Of a stretch of DNA of 64,000 nucleotides, positions 8,817 through 17,626 are shown in pieces (positions within the stretch are counted from its first letter, which is position 1; each line of letters opens with the position of its first letter). This stretch comes from Planctomycetota bacterium (GTDB lineage: Bacteria > Planctomycetota > UBA8742 > UBA2392). The stretch lies in assembly GCA_020638675.1 (NCBI GenBank), contig JACKID010000001.1:2051261-2115260 (forward strand), read 5' to 3'. A program made the translations under genes and the position numbers. The notes under the pieces are model-generated. The model ran no database searches. It saw only the letters and a list, made by a program, of their open reading frames with translations, and had not been told where the DNA came from.

Positions 8817-10727
8817 CTATTCCTTGGCGTGCGGGTCGTCCGGCTCGGGCTCGGACGGCTGTTCCGGCTGGGTTGGCTCAGCGGGAGCTTCAGGCTCGCC
8901 GCCTTTGCCGCCCGGCAGCGGCTTCAGCTTGAGTCCGCCCTGCTTCTTGATTCGTCCGCGCGACAGCTCGAGGGTGCTGGCCTCGAAGCGCGCGCGCTCT
9001 CGGCGCTCGCTGAGGATGAACCACGTCAATACCGCGAGCAGCAGCACCACACCGCCGATTCCGGCCACCGCGTACAGCCAGGCGCCTTCTTCACTGTCTT
9101 CGGCGATGCCTTTCATCTTTCGCACGATGATCAACGGCCGAACGCTTGAGCTGGTGCTGTTGCTCTCGAACACGTTGCGATAGTAGCGCGCGTCGATGTC
9201 GATCAGCGCGCGGGGCTCCAGCCCGGTGGGCGGCTCGATCATGTCACACAGGTAGCGCTTGGGTGTTTCCAGGTCGCCGGTGTCGTGCAGGACGAGCGCA
9301 CGGAACACGCGCCGCAGCCCGCTGATGTTCGGTGGCAGTATCACCGGCGCGTAGTCGTCGCCGATCATGCCGACGACGTGAATCCCCTGGCCGCGGTAGC
9401 GCGGGCCGGTTTCTTCACCCGCAAGGTCGAAGTAGCCGATCTCGGGCACGATCTCAACCTGGTCGTCCGGGTCGTTGGCCTTGGCGAGCATCGCGTAGTA
9501 CGCCGCCTCGGACTCAAGGTAGATCGGGTCTTCGCGCATCGCATCGCGCACCTGCTGAAGCAGTTCATCCGTAAGCTCGTAGGGCGACCTTTGGCTGAGT
9601 GCCAGGTCAGCCGTGAGCAGCAGCGGAAGATGGTCCTGCGTGACGACCTTCTTGGCCTGTGTGCTGTAGGGCTTGACCTCGCGGCTGTAGATCCAGCGGC
9701 GCAGGAACGCGCCTGTAAACTTGACCATCACCTTCTCGGTGACCAGCTTGTCTTCGTGCGAGACGGATCCCTTGTCGTTCACGTAGGGCTTGAGCGCATC
9801 CGGAATCGTCAAGGCCTGGAACTCGACGGTGCGCTGCTCAATCTTGTGTTCCTTGCGCAGCATTCCCGGGCCGAGCAACGCCACGACGCCCTCGTAGTAG
9901 CTTTCCACCTTTGTGCCGTCCTGCAGCACGATCGCCTTGTCGGGCCTGATTTCGTAAAGGTCGAACAGGCGCCCCTCGGCCGCGAAGCCCCGCCCGCGAT
10001 ACACTTCGCATACATCCTGCGACTTGCCGAAATACCAGCCGGACTGCTCGACGCGCTTCTGGTATTCGGCGTACGCCGCGCTGCCCGGTGCGGGCAGCTT
10101 CTTCAGAATCTGCAGTGCCAGCACCTCGTTGGTAGGCGCCTGGCGTCCGCGGTAGGCGTCGAACTCGTTCATCGACTTTTCGCGCGAGGCATCGGTGAAC
10201 TGCACGAAATCGAGCAGGTTCTGCGTTTCGTCCGCCAGCCTGAACACCGGCTCAAGCGTCAGCTTCTCGGCGATGGCCAGTTCCCGCTCCGCTTCCTGAC
10301 GCGCGAGGTCACGCTGATCGGTGCCGCCGCTTGACGGGAATGGGTCCGGCGGCGGCAGCTCTTCGCCGCCGTCGAACGGCAACCCGACGTCGTTCGACTT
10401 CGGCTTGTTGGCCTTCGTCGGGTCGGAGTCCGTCTCGAAGTTGCCGGGCAACTGGTTGATCGGATGCTCCGTCTGCCACTGTTCGCGCTTCTGCTTGAAC
10501 AACGCCCGAATCTGCTCGGTCGTCAGCAGCGGGTCGAAGTTGGTGCGGATGCTTTCCGGCTCCCAGTCCCAGGACTCGCGGTCGTCCTGCCACGAGTACG
10601 TCAGCAGCATGAAAATGATGCCGACCAGGCTGATCGTCATGACGACCAGTCCCGCCAGCTTCACGAACATCGCCGAAGCGGCGGGGGCGGGGCCGTGGTC
10701 AACTGGCTTGATGGAAATCTTCGCCAA
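8817..10727 (-). CDS. Hypothetical membrane protein: two TM helices (N- and C-terminal) flanking a large ~500-aa domain, Pro/Glu-rich C-terminal tail
   Basis: 636 aa; TM at approximately residues 20-43 and 555-580; no recognisable domain. First gene of a tight four-gene minus-strand cluster. Confidence 0.6.
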   Translation of the reverse strand: MAKISIKPVDHGPAPAASAMFVKLAGLVVMTISLVGIIFMLLTYSWQDDRESWDWEPESIRTNFDPLLTTEQIRALFKQKREQWQTEHPINQLPGNFETDSDPTKANKPKSNDVGLPFDGGEELPPPDPFPSSGGTDQRDLARQEAERELAIAEKLTLEPVFRLADETQNLLDFVQFTDASREKSMNEFDAYRGRQAPTNEVLALQILKKLPAPGSAAYAEYQKRVEQSGWYFGKSQDVCEVYRGRGFAAEGRLFDLYEIRPDKAIVLQDGTKVESYYEGVVALLGPGMLRKEHKIEQRTVEFQALTIPDALKPYVNDKGSVSHEDKLVTEKVMVKFTGAFLRRWIYSREVKPYSTQAKKVVTQDHLPLLLTADLALSQRSPYELTDELLQQVRDAMREDPIYLESEAAYYAMLAKANDPDDQVEIVPEIGYFDLAGEETGPRYRGQGIHVVGMIGDDYAPVILPPNISGLRRVFRALVLHDTGDLETPKRYLCDMIEPPTGLEPRALIDIDARYYRNVFESNSTSSSVRPLIIVRKMKGIAEDSEEGAWLYAVAGIGGVVLLLAVLTWFILSERRERARFEASTLELSRGRIKKQGGLKLKPLPGGKGGEPEAPAEPTQPEQPSEPEPDDPHAKE

Positions 10728-10791
10728 TGGCGCACCTCTTAACCATAGGAACGGGAAATTCCGCTCCCGGTTCAGCTGCGGCTATTGGAGC

Positions 10792-11616
10792 CTATTCCGG
10801 CTTCGTTGTGAACTGGAAGATTCTCGCACCCTTGGGGTGCTTGAGCGTAATGGCCACAACGATCTCGTCGCCGTCGCGCAAGGGCACGGGCTCATGCACC
10901 GGCAGGCCATTGAGGTACGTCCCGTTGGTCGAACGCATGTCCTCGATCATGAACGCGTCGCCATCCTTTCGGATCTGGAAGTGACGCTTGCTGATCGTCG
11001 GGATCTGGAAAACCAGGTCGCTGGGCGGCTCACGCCCGATCATCATGGTCTTGCGAATCTCGTGGCGCGTGCCGCTCTCGACGTCGACCAGGTAGCCGAC
11101 TTCGGCCTTCGAGGCCTTGTCCACGGGGCGCTGCGCGCGCGTCGGCTTCGATTGTTTCGCGGGCTCTGGTGAGAGGGCCGGGGCTTCGGGCGACAGCGCG
11201 GTGGGGGCCATCTCGGTCCTGTCCGACTGAATCGGCTTGGCGGCCTTCACCGCCTCGTACTTCGAGCCCTTGATGTTGGCCTTCACCTTGGCCGCGTCCA
11301 CCCTGCCGTTGCCTGCCAGCGGCTGCACAACGTCGACCTCGACCATGCGGTAGAGGTTGGCGTGGCGGAAGTAGCGGTCGACGGACGGCGGAATGCGGAT
11401 CAGCACCTTCTTCTCGGCCGCTTCGCCGCCGATCAGCTTGATGGCAATGCTTCTGAAGGCGTCCTCGGAAATCTCCAGCGTGCCGGTGATGTCCATCTCG
11501 ACGCGGTCGTACGGGAGCTGCAGCAACTGCGGGAAATAGTCGAACACCGCCGAGATGAATTCTTCCTCACTCTCGGCGGCGATCACAAGTCGATTCCAGC
11601 GCAGCGTTGCAGACAT
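10792..11616 (-). CDS. FHA domain-containing protein (C-terminal FHA, N-terminal unknown domain)
   Basis: 274 aa; C-terminal FHA signature (IGREPPSDLVFQIPTISKRHFQIRKDGDAFMIEDMRSTNGTYLNGLPV); the N-terminal ~170 aa are unassigned. Confidence 0.7.
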   Translation of the reverse strand: MSATLRWNRLVIAAESEEEFISAVFDYFPQLLQLPYDRVEMDITGTLEISEDAFRSIAIKLIGGEAAEKKVLIRIPPSVDRYFRHANLYRMVEVDVVQPLAGNGRVDAAKVKANIKGSKYEAVKAAKPIQSDRTEMAPTALSPEAPALSPEPAKQSKPTRAQRPVDKASKAEVGYLVDVESGTRHEIRKTMMIGREPPSDLVFQIPTISKRHFQIRKDGDAFMIEDMRSTNGTYLNGLPVHEPVPLRDGDEIVVAITLKHPKGARIFQFTTKPE

Positions 11617-11619
11617 GGC

Positions 11620-11889
11620 CTAGTCGTCTTCTCCGTCGACGAACCGCAGCGCCTCGTTCTGGAGCAGCGTAAGCTGCGAGTCGGAGTTGCCGGTCGCCTC
11701 GATAATTCCGCGCATCTGCTGTTTGCGTTCGTCACCCTCAATCAGCGTATCAATCAACAGCCGGTACAGGTGGGTTGTGCTGATCGGAATTGCATGGATG
11801 AGGTCGTCAAACTCGTCATCCGAGAACTGGAAGTTCCCGTGATCCGATTGAAGGGTAGCGGAGCCGTCGTCGTTCTTGATGATCTTCAT
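11620..11889 (-). CDS. Small acidic hypothetical protein
   Basis: 89 aa ORF sitting 3 nt after the FHA gene start and 24 nt before the next gene, same strand; operon position supports it being real. No domain seen. Confidence 0.45.
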   Translation of the reverse strand: MKIIKNDDGSATLQSDHGNFQFSDDEFDDLIHAIPISTTHLYRLLIDTLIEGDERKQQMRGIIEATGNSDSQLTLLQNEALRFVDGEDD

Positions 11890-11913
11890 TGAGGTGTGTT
11901 TCTCCGTTACGGT

Positions 11914-13110
11914 TTAGCGCTTCTGGGTGATGCGGCAGGAAAGGCCCGCATCCTTGAACCGGTCGCGCACGCCCTGGGCCTCGTCTTCCGAGACGCCCTT
12001 CACGACCGGCACAATCATCTTGCCGGCCAGAGCAATTGCAGAGTTCATGTCGATGCCCTGAATGTCCGCAATGATCTCGGCCGCGGCCTGCTTCTTGTCT
12101 GCGCCCTTGGGCGGCGACAGGAACACCGTGAAGTTGCCGCCACCTTCGGCCGCCTTGCGACCTGAGCCGCCGGCCGCCGGGGCTACCGCACCGGTGTTCG
12201 GCTTCTTGATCTGTTTCGTGACTGGCTTCTTGGCCGCGCCCGGGAGCTTCGGGGCGGGCTTGCCGGCCGGTGCCGGCGCGGCCTTGTTGAGTTTGGAAGT
12301 CTCGCGCTTCTTTTTCTCGAGGTTCGGGTCTTTGTAGGTGCTGGCCTTGCCGGTCCAGACCGGAAGAGTGTCTTCCGGGCCCGGCTTGAACTTGGCCTTC
12401 GGGTTTCCGTCAGCGTCCAATTCGACCTCCTCGTCATCAAGCGAAAGGTTTTCCAGCGAAAGTCCCGCGTCATCATCTTCGACCGACAGCGACGGCTGTG
12501 AAGCCTTGCGAGTCGGCGGCAGCATGGTCATGGCGTCCGCGTTGAAACCCGGCTCGTCATCTGCGGGAATATCCAGTGCATCTACGGGGATGTCGACCGA
12601 GTCATCGGACACATCCATCACGTCGCCCTCAAGCCCTAGGCCGCCCGCGTCGTCGCCGGGGATATCCACGCCGACGGACACGTTTTCGTCACCTTCCAGG
12701 TCGCTGAGGTCAAGGTCCAGGTCGTCGGACTCAGTTACATCCTGCGTCCCGACAGTCTCTTCCATCTGGACGCTGCCGTCGTCGTCCACATCGTCGAACG
12801 GGATGTCAACCGCCATCGGCTCACCGCCGAAGGGCTCAACGGCCGCGAGGCTCTCGACCTTCTGGGCCGGCATCGGCTCATGGGCGCTCTCGTTCTCGGC
12901 CGCAAATTCGTCGGTGAGATCGACCGGCTCAGGATCGTCATGGATGGGCGGGACGCCGCCGAAGATGGTAGGAGCGCCCATCGGCACGGGTGACGAAACT
13001 GCTACGCCGTCCGGGGTTAAACTCATGTCAAGGCGCAGGGGCTGACCGGGCACCTCAAGTCTTACTGATATCGAATCGCCGGGGCGAAGAACTACTTCTT
13101 GTGTGGCCAT
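11914..13110 (-). CDS. Polyelectrolyte protein: short N-terminal domain, long poly-acidic Asp/Glu-rich region, Lys/Pro-rich basic region and a C-terminal ribosomal L7/L12 C-terminal-domain-like fold
   Basis: 398 aa. The C-terminal 70 aa (FTVFLSPPKGADKKQAAAEIIADIQGIDMNSAIALAGKMIVPVVKGVSEDEAQGVRDRFKDAGLSCRI) match the L7/L12 CTD pattern F.V.L...K...IK.VR..TGLGLKEAK.LV...P..VKEGVSKEEAE.IK.KLEEAGA.VE. Confidence 0.6.
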   Translation of the reverse strand: MATQEVVLRPGDSISVRLEVPGQPLRLDMSLTPDGVAVSSPVPMGAPTIFGGVPPIHDDPEPVDLTDEFAAENESAHEPMPAQKVESLAAVEPFGGEPMAVDIPFDDVDDDGSVQMEETVGTQDVTESDDLDLDLSDLEGDENVSVGVDIPGDDAGGLGLEGDVMDVSDDSVDIPVDALDIPADDEPGFNADAMTMLPPTRKASQPSLSVEDDDAGLSLENLSLDDEEVELDADGNPKAKFKPGPEDTLPVWTGKASTYKDPNLEKKKRETSKLNKAAPAPAGKPAPKLPGAAKKPVTKQIKKPNTGAVAPAAGGSGRKAAEGGGNFTVFLSPPKGADKKQAAAEIIADIQGIDMNSAIALAGKMIVPVVKGVSEDEAQGVRDRFKDAGLSCRITQKR

Positions 13111-13326
13111 AGGTCGTTTTACACCTGTTCAGGCGTTGCCCGTCTTTCGCGGCTGCAATCCTTTGGGGTCAAGGAATTGTCGCGGTCAGCGGCAACTTGT
13201 GTCAAGCCCTTTCACAGAGCATCCCTGCGCACCGAGAATCACATCCTCACAGCATCCACGCAACATGCAAGCCGCCACCGGACACCCGTTGCCAAAGCCG
13301 CGGCGCAGTGGTTGCATACCGCCGAC

Positions 13327-14016
13327 ATGGTTGCCACGAACCCATCCGCAACGCCGGCCCTGCAAATCGAGGACCTGGTCAAGACCTATCCGGGCGGGAT
13401 TGAGGCCGTCAAGGGCGTCAGCCTAACCGTTCAGCAAGGCGAGATGCTTGCGATCATGGGCAAGTCCGGCAGCGGCAAGTCCACGCTCATGAGCCTGATC
13501 GGCACCCTCGACAAGCCGGACAGCGGCCGGATTCTGATCCATGGGCAGGACATCGCGCACATCAAGAACCTTGCCAGGTTCCGGCGCGAGGAAATCGGGT
13601 TCGTGTTCCAGTTGCACTATCTGCTCCCGCACCTGACGCTGCTCGACAACGTCGCGCTGCCCCTGTTGGGCAAGTCCGGTGCGCAAGACCTTGCCCGCAA
13701 GGCGCTTGAGCAGGTGGGGCTGTCGCACCGCGTGGGTCACGTGCCGGCCAAGGTCAGCGGCGGCGAACGCCAGCGTGCGGCCATCGCCCGCGCGATTGTG
13801 AATCGCCCGCGCGTTCTGCTTGCGGACGAGCCTACCGGCAACGTGGACAGCGAAAGCGAAGCCGTGCTGCTCGATCTGTTCCAGAGCCTGCAGGATGAAT
13901 TGGGGATGACGCTGATTGTAGTGACACACGAGCGCGGCGTGGCCGACCGGGCCGACCGAATCGTGCACTACAAAGACGGTCTGATTGAGCGGATCGAGAC
14001 CAGGGAATCAGTTTGA
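13327..14016 (+). CDS. ABC transporter ATP-binding protein (LolD/MacB-type ATPase)
   Basis: Walker A GKSGSGKST, ABC signature LSGGERQRAAIARA, Walker B VLLADEPTGNVD. Start placed at Met77 of ORF 13099..14016; the upstream 76 residues look like non-coding read-through. Confidence 0.85.
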   Translation: MVATNPSATPALQIEDLVKTYPGGIEAVKGVSLTVQQGEMLAIMGKSGSGKSTLMSLIGTLDKPDSGRILIHGQDIAHIKNLARFRREEIGFVFQLHYLLPHLTLLDNVALPLLGKSGAQDLARKALEQVGLSHRVGHVPAKVSGGERQRAAIARAIVNRPRVLLADEPTGNVDSESEAVLLDLFQSLQDELGMTLIVVTHERGVADRADRIVHYKDGLIERIETRESV

Positions 14017-14471
14017 GACTCGCAGCAGTCATATTGATGTTGGCACTCGGATTGGCGTGCGCCGGCTGCCTTGATTCGGGCAACATCCCCGGTGTCACCA
14101 CCGACCCCGAGGCCGCCGCCAAGGCCGCATTCCCGGAATTACCGCCCGCAGCCGAGGCCACGCAACTGAAAGATCGCGGGAGCAAGATGTTCAACGGGCT
14201 CGGCTGCCAGAGTTGTCATTCCACGACACACGAGCGCAACGGACTGATGGGACCGCCGCTGGGCGGAGTCAGCGACAGGGTGCTGGAACGCAAGGACCAT
14301 GACCCGTTGAAAGCGCGGCGCTGGCTGGTGATGCACATCAAGGACCCTTTGATGTACCCGAGCCCCTTCGCCGATCAAGCTGACTACAAGGGCACCCATA
14401 TGCCGCCCAACCCGCGCGTCACGGACGAAGACCTGCGCGCACTGGTTGAGTTTCTCTGGGCCCTGCGCTAA
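14013..14471 (+). CDS. Cytochrome c family lipoprotein (mono-heme)
   Basis: 152 aa; lipoprotein signal ending LACAGC; single CxxCH heme-binding motif (CQSCH). ATGA overlap with the upstream ABC ATPase. Confidence 0.7.
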   Translation: MRLAAVILMLALGLACAGCLDSGNIPGVTTDPEAAAKAAFPELPPAAEATQLKDRGSKMFNGLGCQSCHSTTHERNGLMGPPLGGVSDRVLERKDHDPLKARRWLVMHIKDPLMYPSPFADQADYKGTHMPPNPRVTDEDLRALVEFLWALR

Positions 14472-14503
14472 ACCCGCTTCCCAAGCGACTTCCGGAATTT
14501 GGC

Positions 14504-15589
14504 ATGCGCGGCCCGGCCGACCAACTCTCATTCCCTCCGGGAACCGAACTCGTGTTCGGGCCACAGGCCGCGCGCCGCCAGTTCATCAGCGACCGCATTG
14601 CCGAAGTCTCGAGAGGCTGGGGATTCACTGAGATCATTCTGCCCGCCTTCGACAGCGCCGAGACCTTCCGCGACCTCGGCGACGAGACCGAGCTTTACAA
14701 TCTTGTGGACCGCGAGGGCCACACGCTCACGCTGCGCGCAGACTTCACTTTGATCGCTGCCAAGGCCTTGGCGATGGAGTTGCGCCGGGAGCGACGCCAG
14801 ATCCGCGCCAGCTACGAAGGCCGCGTGTACCGCTTCGCGCCCAGCGGCCACGGTCATCGCGTCGAGCAGACCCAGCGCGGGCTGGAGTGGGTGAACGCAG
14901 CCGGCGCGACGTATGACGCAGCCGTACTGATGATGGCCCGCGAGTGCCTCAATGCGGGCGGCGCGGAGGATGCGATCATTGTCGTGGGGCACGGCGGGTT
15001 CATTCACGCAGCCCTCGGCGAAAAGGGGCGCAACGAGCGCCGCCTGATTGAAGCCCTTGACCACAAGAACCCGAGCCGCATCGCGCAGCTGGCACAGCGC
15101 GTCGGGCTTGATGCAGACACGGCCGCGCTGCTTGGGTCTTTGCCGCTGCTGACTGGCGGTCCGGAAGTGTTCAAGAACGCACGCGAGTTCAAGCTGAATG
15201 CCGCGGCAGACGCCGCGTTGTCCGAACTCGAGGGCCTGTATCGGTTGCTTGAGGAAGCCGGCGCGGCCGATCGTGTGCTGATCGACCTAGGCGAAGTGCG
15301 ACGCTCGGACTACTACAGCGGCTTCATGTTCAAGATCTACCACGAGGCCGTCGGCGAAGAGCTTGGCGGCGGGGGCCGCTACGATCGCCTGTTCGACCGC
15401 TTCGGGATGGACGTGCCGGCCGTGGGCTTCGGGTTCAACCTGGCCCGTTTGGCCGAGGCGACTTCACGCAACGGCTACGCGGGAACACCGCCGACTGCGA
15501 TAGCTTCGTCCGGCGGCGCTGACGCGCTGAAGAAGGTGCTGGAGCTGCGCCGTCAGGGCAAGCCAGTAGACCTGAAGGGGGATGCCTGA
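14504..15589 (+). CDS. hisZ: ATP phosphoribosyltransferase regulatory subunit HisZ (HisRS paralog lacking the anticodon-binding domain)
   Basis: 361 aa; class II aaRS-like core (RYDRLFDRFG, GFGFNLARL). Followed by a short-form hisG with overlapping stop/start. Confidence 0.8.
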   Translation: MRGPADQLSFPPGTELVFGPQAARRQFISDRIAEVSRGWGFTEIILPAFDSAETFRDLGDETELYNLVDREGHTLTLRADFTLIAAKALAMELRRERRQIRASYEGRVYRFAPSGHGHRVEQTQRGLEWVNAAGATYDAAVLMMARECLNAGGAEDAIIVVGHGGFIHAALGEKGRNERRLIEALDHKNPSRIAQLAQRVGLDADTAALLGSLPLLTGGPEVFKNAREFKLNAAADAALSELEGLYRLLEEAGAADRVLIDLGEVRRSDYYSGFMFKIYHEAVGEELGGGGRYDRLFDRFGMDVPAVGFGFNLARLAEATSRNGYAGTPPTAIASSGGADALKKVLELRRQGKPVDLKGDA

Positions 15590-16233
15590 TGCTGCGCATG
15601 GCACTCCCTACCGGGCGAATGCTGAAACAGGCTATGCCGTTTCTGGAAGCCGCAGGCTACGCTCCGAACGAGCCGCTGCATGAGACCCGCAAGCTGACCG
15701 TGCCCAGCAAATGCGGGCGCATTGAGTATCTGCTGGTGAAGCCGGTGGACGCCCCGCTGTATGTCGAGCAGGGCGTGGCGGAAGTCGGCGTGTGCGGCAA
15801 GGACGTGCTGATGGAAGTCGGCGCCGACCTGCTCGAGCCGCTCGACCTTGGGTTCGCTCGCTGCCGCATGGTCGTTGCAGGAAAGCCTGAGATCGAACGC
15901 AAGCTGGACAACCTGCTGTCGCCGGTCCGCGTCGCCAGCAAGTTTCCGCGGGTGGCGCAGCACTACTTCCTGAAGAAGGGTACGCCGTGCACGGTGTTCA
16001 AGCTGTCCGGGAGCGTAGAAATCGGTGCGGTGCTGGGGCTTTCTCACTACATTGTAGACATAGTGGAAACAGGCACGACGCTGAAGGAGAACGGGCTTGT
16101 CGTGCATGAAGAAATCGCGGAGTGCAGCGCGCGCCTGGCGGTGAATCGCGCCGCTTGGTACGCGAAGCTGGCGGAAGTGCGCGAGCTGCTGAACAACCTG
16201 AAACAGTCCGTCGAGGGGGCAAGCCATGACTGA
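15589..16233 (+). CDS. hisG: ATP phosphoribosyltransferase, short form
   Basis: 214 aa; HisG motifs (MLRMALPTGR, GVCGKDVL, DIVETGTTLKENGL). Confidence 0.9.
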   Translation: MLRMALPTGRMLKQAMPFLEAAGYAPNEPLHETRKLTVPSKCGRIEYLLVKPVDAPLYVEQGVAEVGVCGKDVLMEVGADLLEPLDLGFARCRMVVAGKPEIERKLDNLLSPVRVASKFPRVAQHYFLKKGTPCTVFKLSGSVEIGAVLGLSHYIVDIVETGTTLKENGLVVHEEIAECSARLAVNRAAWYAKLAEVRELLNNLKQSVEGASHD

Positions 16234-17626
16234 CACGCTGAACATCTACGAAGTCGGCTCTGACGAGTTCACCGCGTTCCAGAGGCGGCTTGCGGCGCGC
16301 GCGCTGTCTGACGACATGTCGCTGGGCGGCAAGCCGGGCGAATTGCTGCAGCGCGCCCAGGACAGCGGTGACTCCGAATTCGCGGCGTTCGCCACGGCGT
16401 TTTATGAAGGCCTCGCGCACACCGCGCGCGCAACGGTCGAACGCGTCATCCAGCGGGTCGAGACCATGGGGGATGAAGGCGTGCGCCAGTGCGCGCGACT
16501 GTTCGACGGGCAGGAATTGCCGACGGCACGCATCCAGGTCAACAAACTGGACCTGATGAAGGGCGCCGACGGCGTCGATGAAGCGCTGCTGAAGCAATGC
16601 ACTGACGAGATAATGCCGCGCCTGCGCAAGTTCCACGAGAAGCAGAGAGAAGCGTCGTGGCAGATTGACGACGACGGCGGCTCCGTCGGCGTGCGGGTAC
16701 AGCCGCTGCGCCGCGTCGGCCTGTACATTCCGGGTGGAACTGCCTGCTACCCCAGCACCCTGATGATGACGTATGTGGCGGCTCAGGTCGCAGGCGTCGA
16801 GGAGATCGCTGTCTTCACTCCGCCGGAGACCCTGGAAAAGTCCCCGCTGCTGTGCGCGCTGCTCAATGAGCTTGGCATCAATGAGGTGTTCCGCGTCGGC
16901 GGCGCGCAGGCCATCGCTGCTGCCGCCATCGGCACCGAGAAGATCGCCAGGGTCGACAAGATAGTAGGCCCGGGCAACATCTTCGTGGCAATCGCGAAGC
17001 AGATGCTCAGTGGACGCGTCGGCATTGACAGCTTTGCGGGCCCCAGCGAAATCGTCGTCGTGTTCGACGCATCGTCAGACCCGGCGCTGGTAGCCGCGGA
17101 CATGCTGGCCCAGGCCGAGCACGATGGTCACGCCGCCGCAATCGGCATCACCGACAGCGCCGAGCAGGCCGAGAAGGTGAAGGCAGAAGTCGCGAAGCAA
17201 CTCGCAGACCTGCCGCGTAAGGACATCATCGAAGTGTCCCTCAGGACCTACGGTGGAATTCTCTGCGTGCCGAGCAAAGGCTTTGCGTTCCGCTTTGCCG
17301 ACTCGATCGCGCCGGAACACCTTGAGTTGCATACCGAGGACGCCGAAAACGACGCCAAGCAGATCAAGAACGCGGGCGCAATCTTCATCGGCCCATACGC
17401 GCCGGAATCGTTCGGCGACTACAACGCCGGGCCAAACCACACGCTGCCCACGGCCGGCAGCGCGCGTTGGGCGAGCGCGCTCAGCGTGCGCGACTTCGTG
17501 CGCCACGTCAGCATCATCCGCGGCAGCAAAGAGCTTCTCGCGGCAAACAAGGATGCGGCCATCGGGCTTGCACGCGCCGAACAGCTGGAAGCCCATGCCC
17601 GCAGCCTCGAGAAGCGTTTCTCCTGA
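16226..17626 (+). CDS. hisD: Histidinol dehydrogenase
   Basis: 466 aa; HisD motifs (GPGNIFV, AGPSEIVVV, AQAEHDGHAAA). Overlaps hisG by 8 nt. Confidence 0.9.
   Translation: MTDTLNIYEVGSDEFTAFQRRLAARALSDDMSLGGKPGELLQRAQDSGDSEFAAFATAFYEGLAHTARATVERVIQRVETMGDEGVRQCARLFDGQELPTARIQVNKLDLMKGADGVDEALLKQCTDEIMPRLRKFHEKQREASWQIDDDGGSVGVRVQPLRRVGLYIPGGTACYPSTLMMTYVAAQVAGVEEIAVFTPPETLEKSPLLCALLNELGINEVFRVGGAQAIAAAAIGTEKIARVDKIVGPGNIFVAIAKQMLSGRVGIDSFAGPSEIVVVFDASSDPALVAADMLAQAEHDGHAAAIGITDSAEQAEKVKAEVAKQLADLPRKDIIEVSLRTYGGILCVPSKGFAFRFADSIAPEHLELHTEDAENDAKQIKNAGAIFIGPYAPESFGDYNAGPNHTLPTAGSARWASALSVRDFVRHVSIIRGSKELLAANKDAAIGLARAEQLEAHARSLEKRFS

Noticed and set aside
9285-10334. 349-aa + ORF antisense to the 636-aa membrane protein gene; also 10321-11172 + (283 aa) antisense to the FHA gene
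   Set aside because: Shadow ORFs; no domains; composition is the typical GC-rich antisense artefact. The sense-strand genes form a tightly spaced operon.
13099-13326. N-terminal 76-codon extension of the ABC ATPase ORF
   Set aside because: Cys/Arg/Ser-rich, not part of any ABC ATPase. The canonical N-terminus starts at Met77, so this is treated as the divergent promoter region shared with the minus-strand operon.
17467-17625. 5' extensions of the hisC (17467-17625), hisB (18552-18698), rpsA (41852-42073), RidA (53123-53482), ECH (54003-54344), ACAD (55115-55150) and LRR (27945-28274) ORFs
   Set aside because: Each extension overlaps the 3' end of the upstream gene in another frame or strand. 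Internal ATGs coincide with conserved protein N-termini and with stop/start overlaps (ATGA, TGATG) typical of translational coupling.
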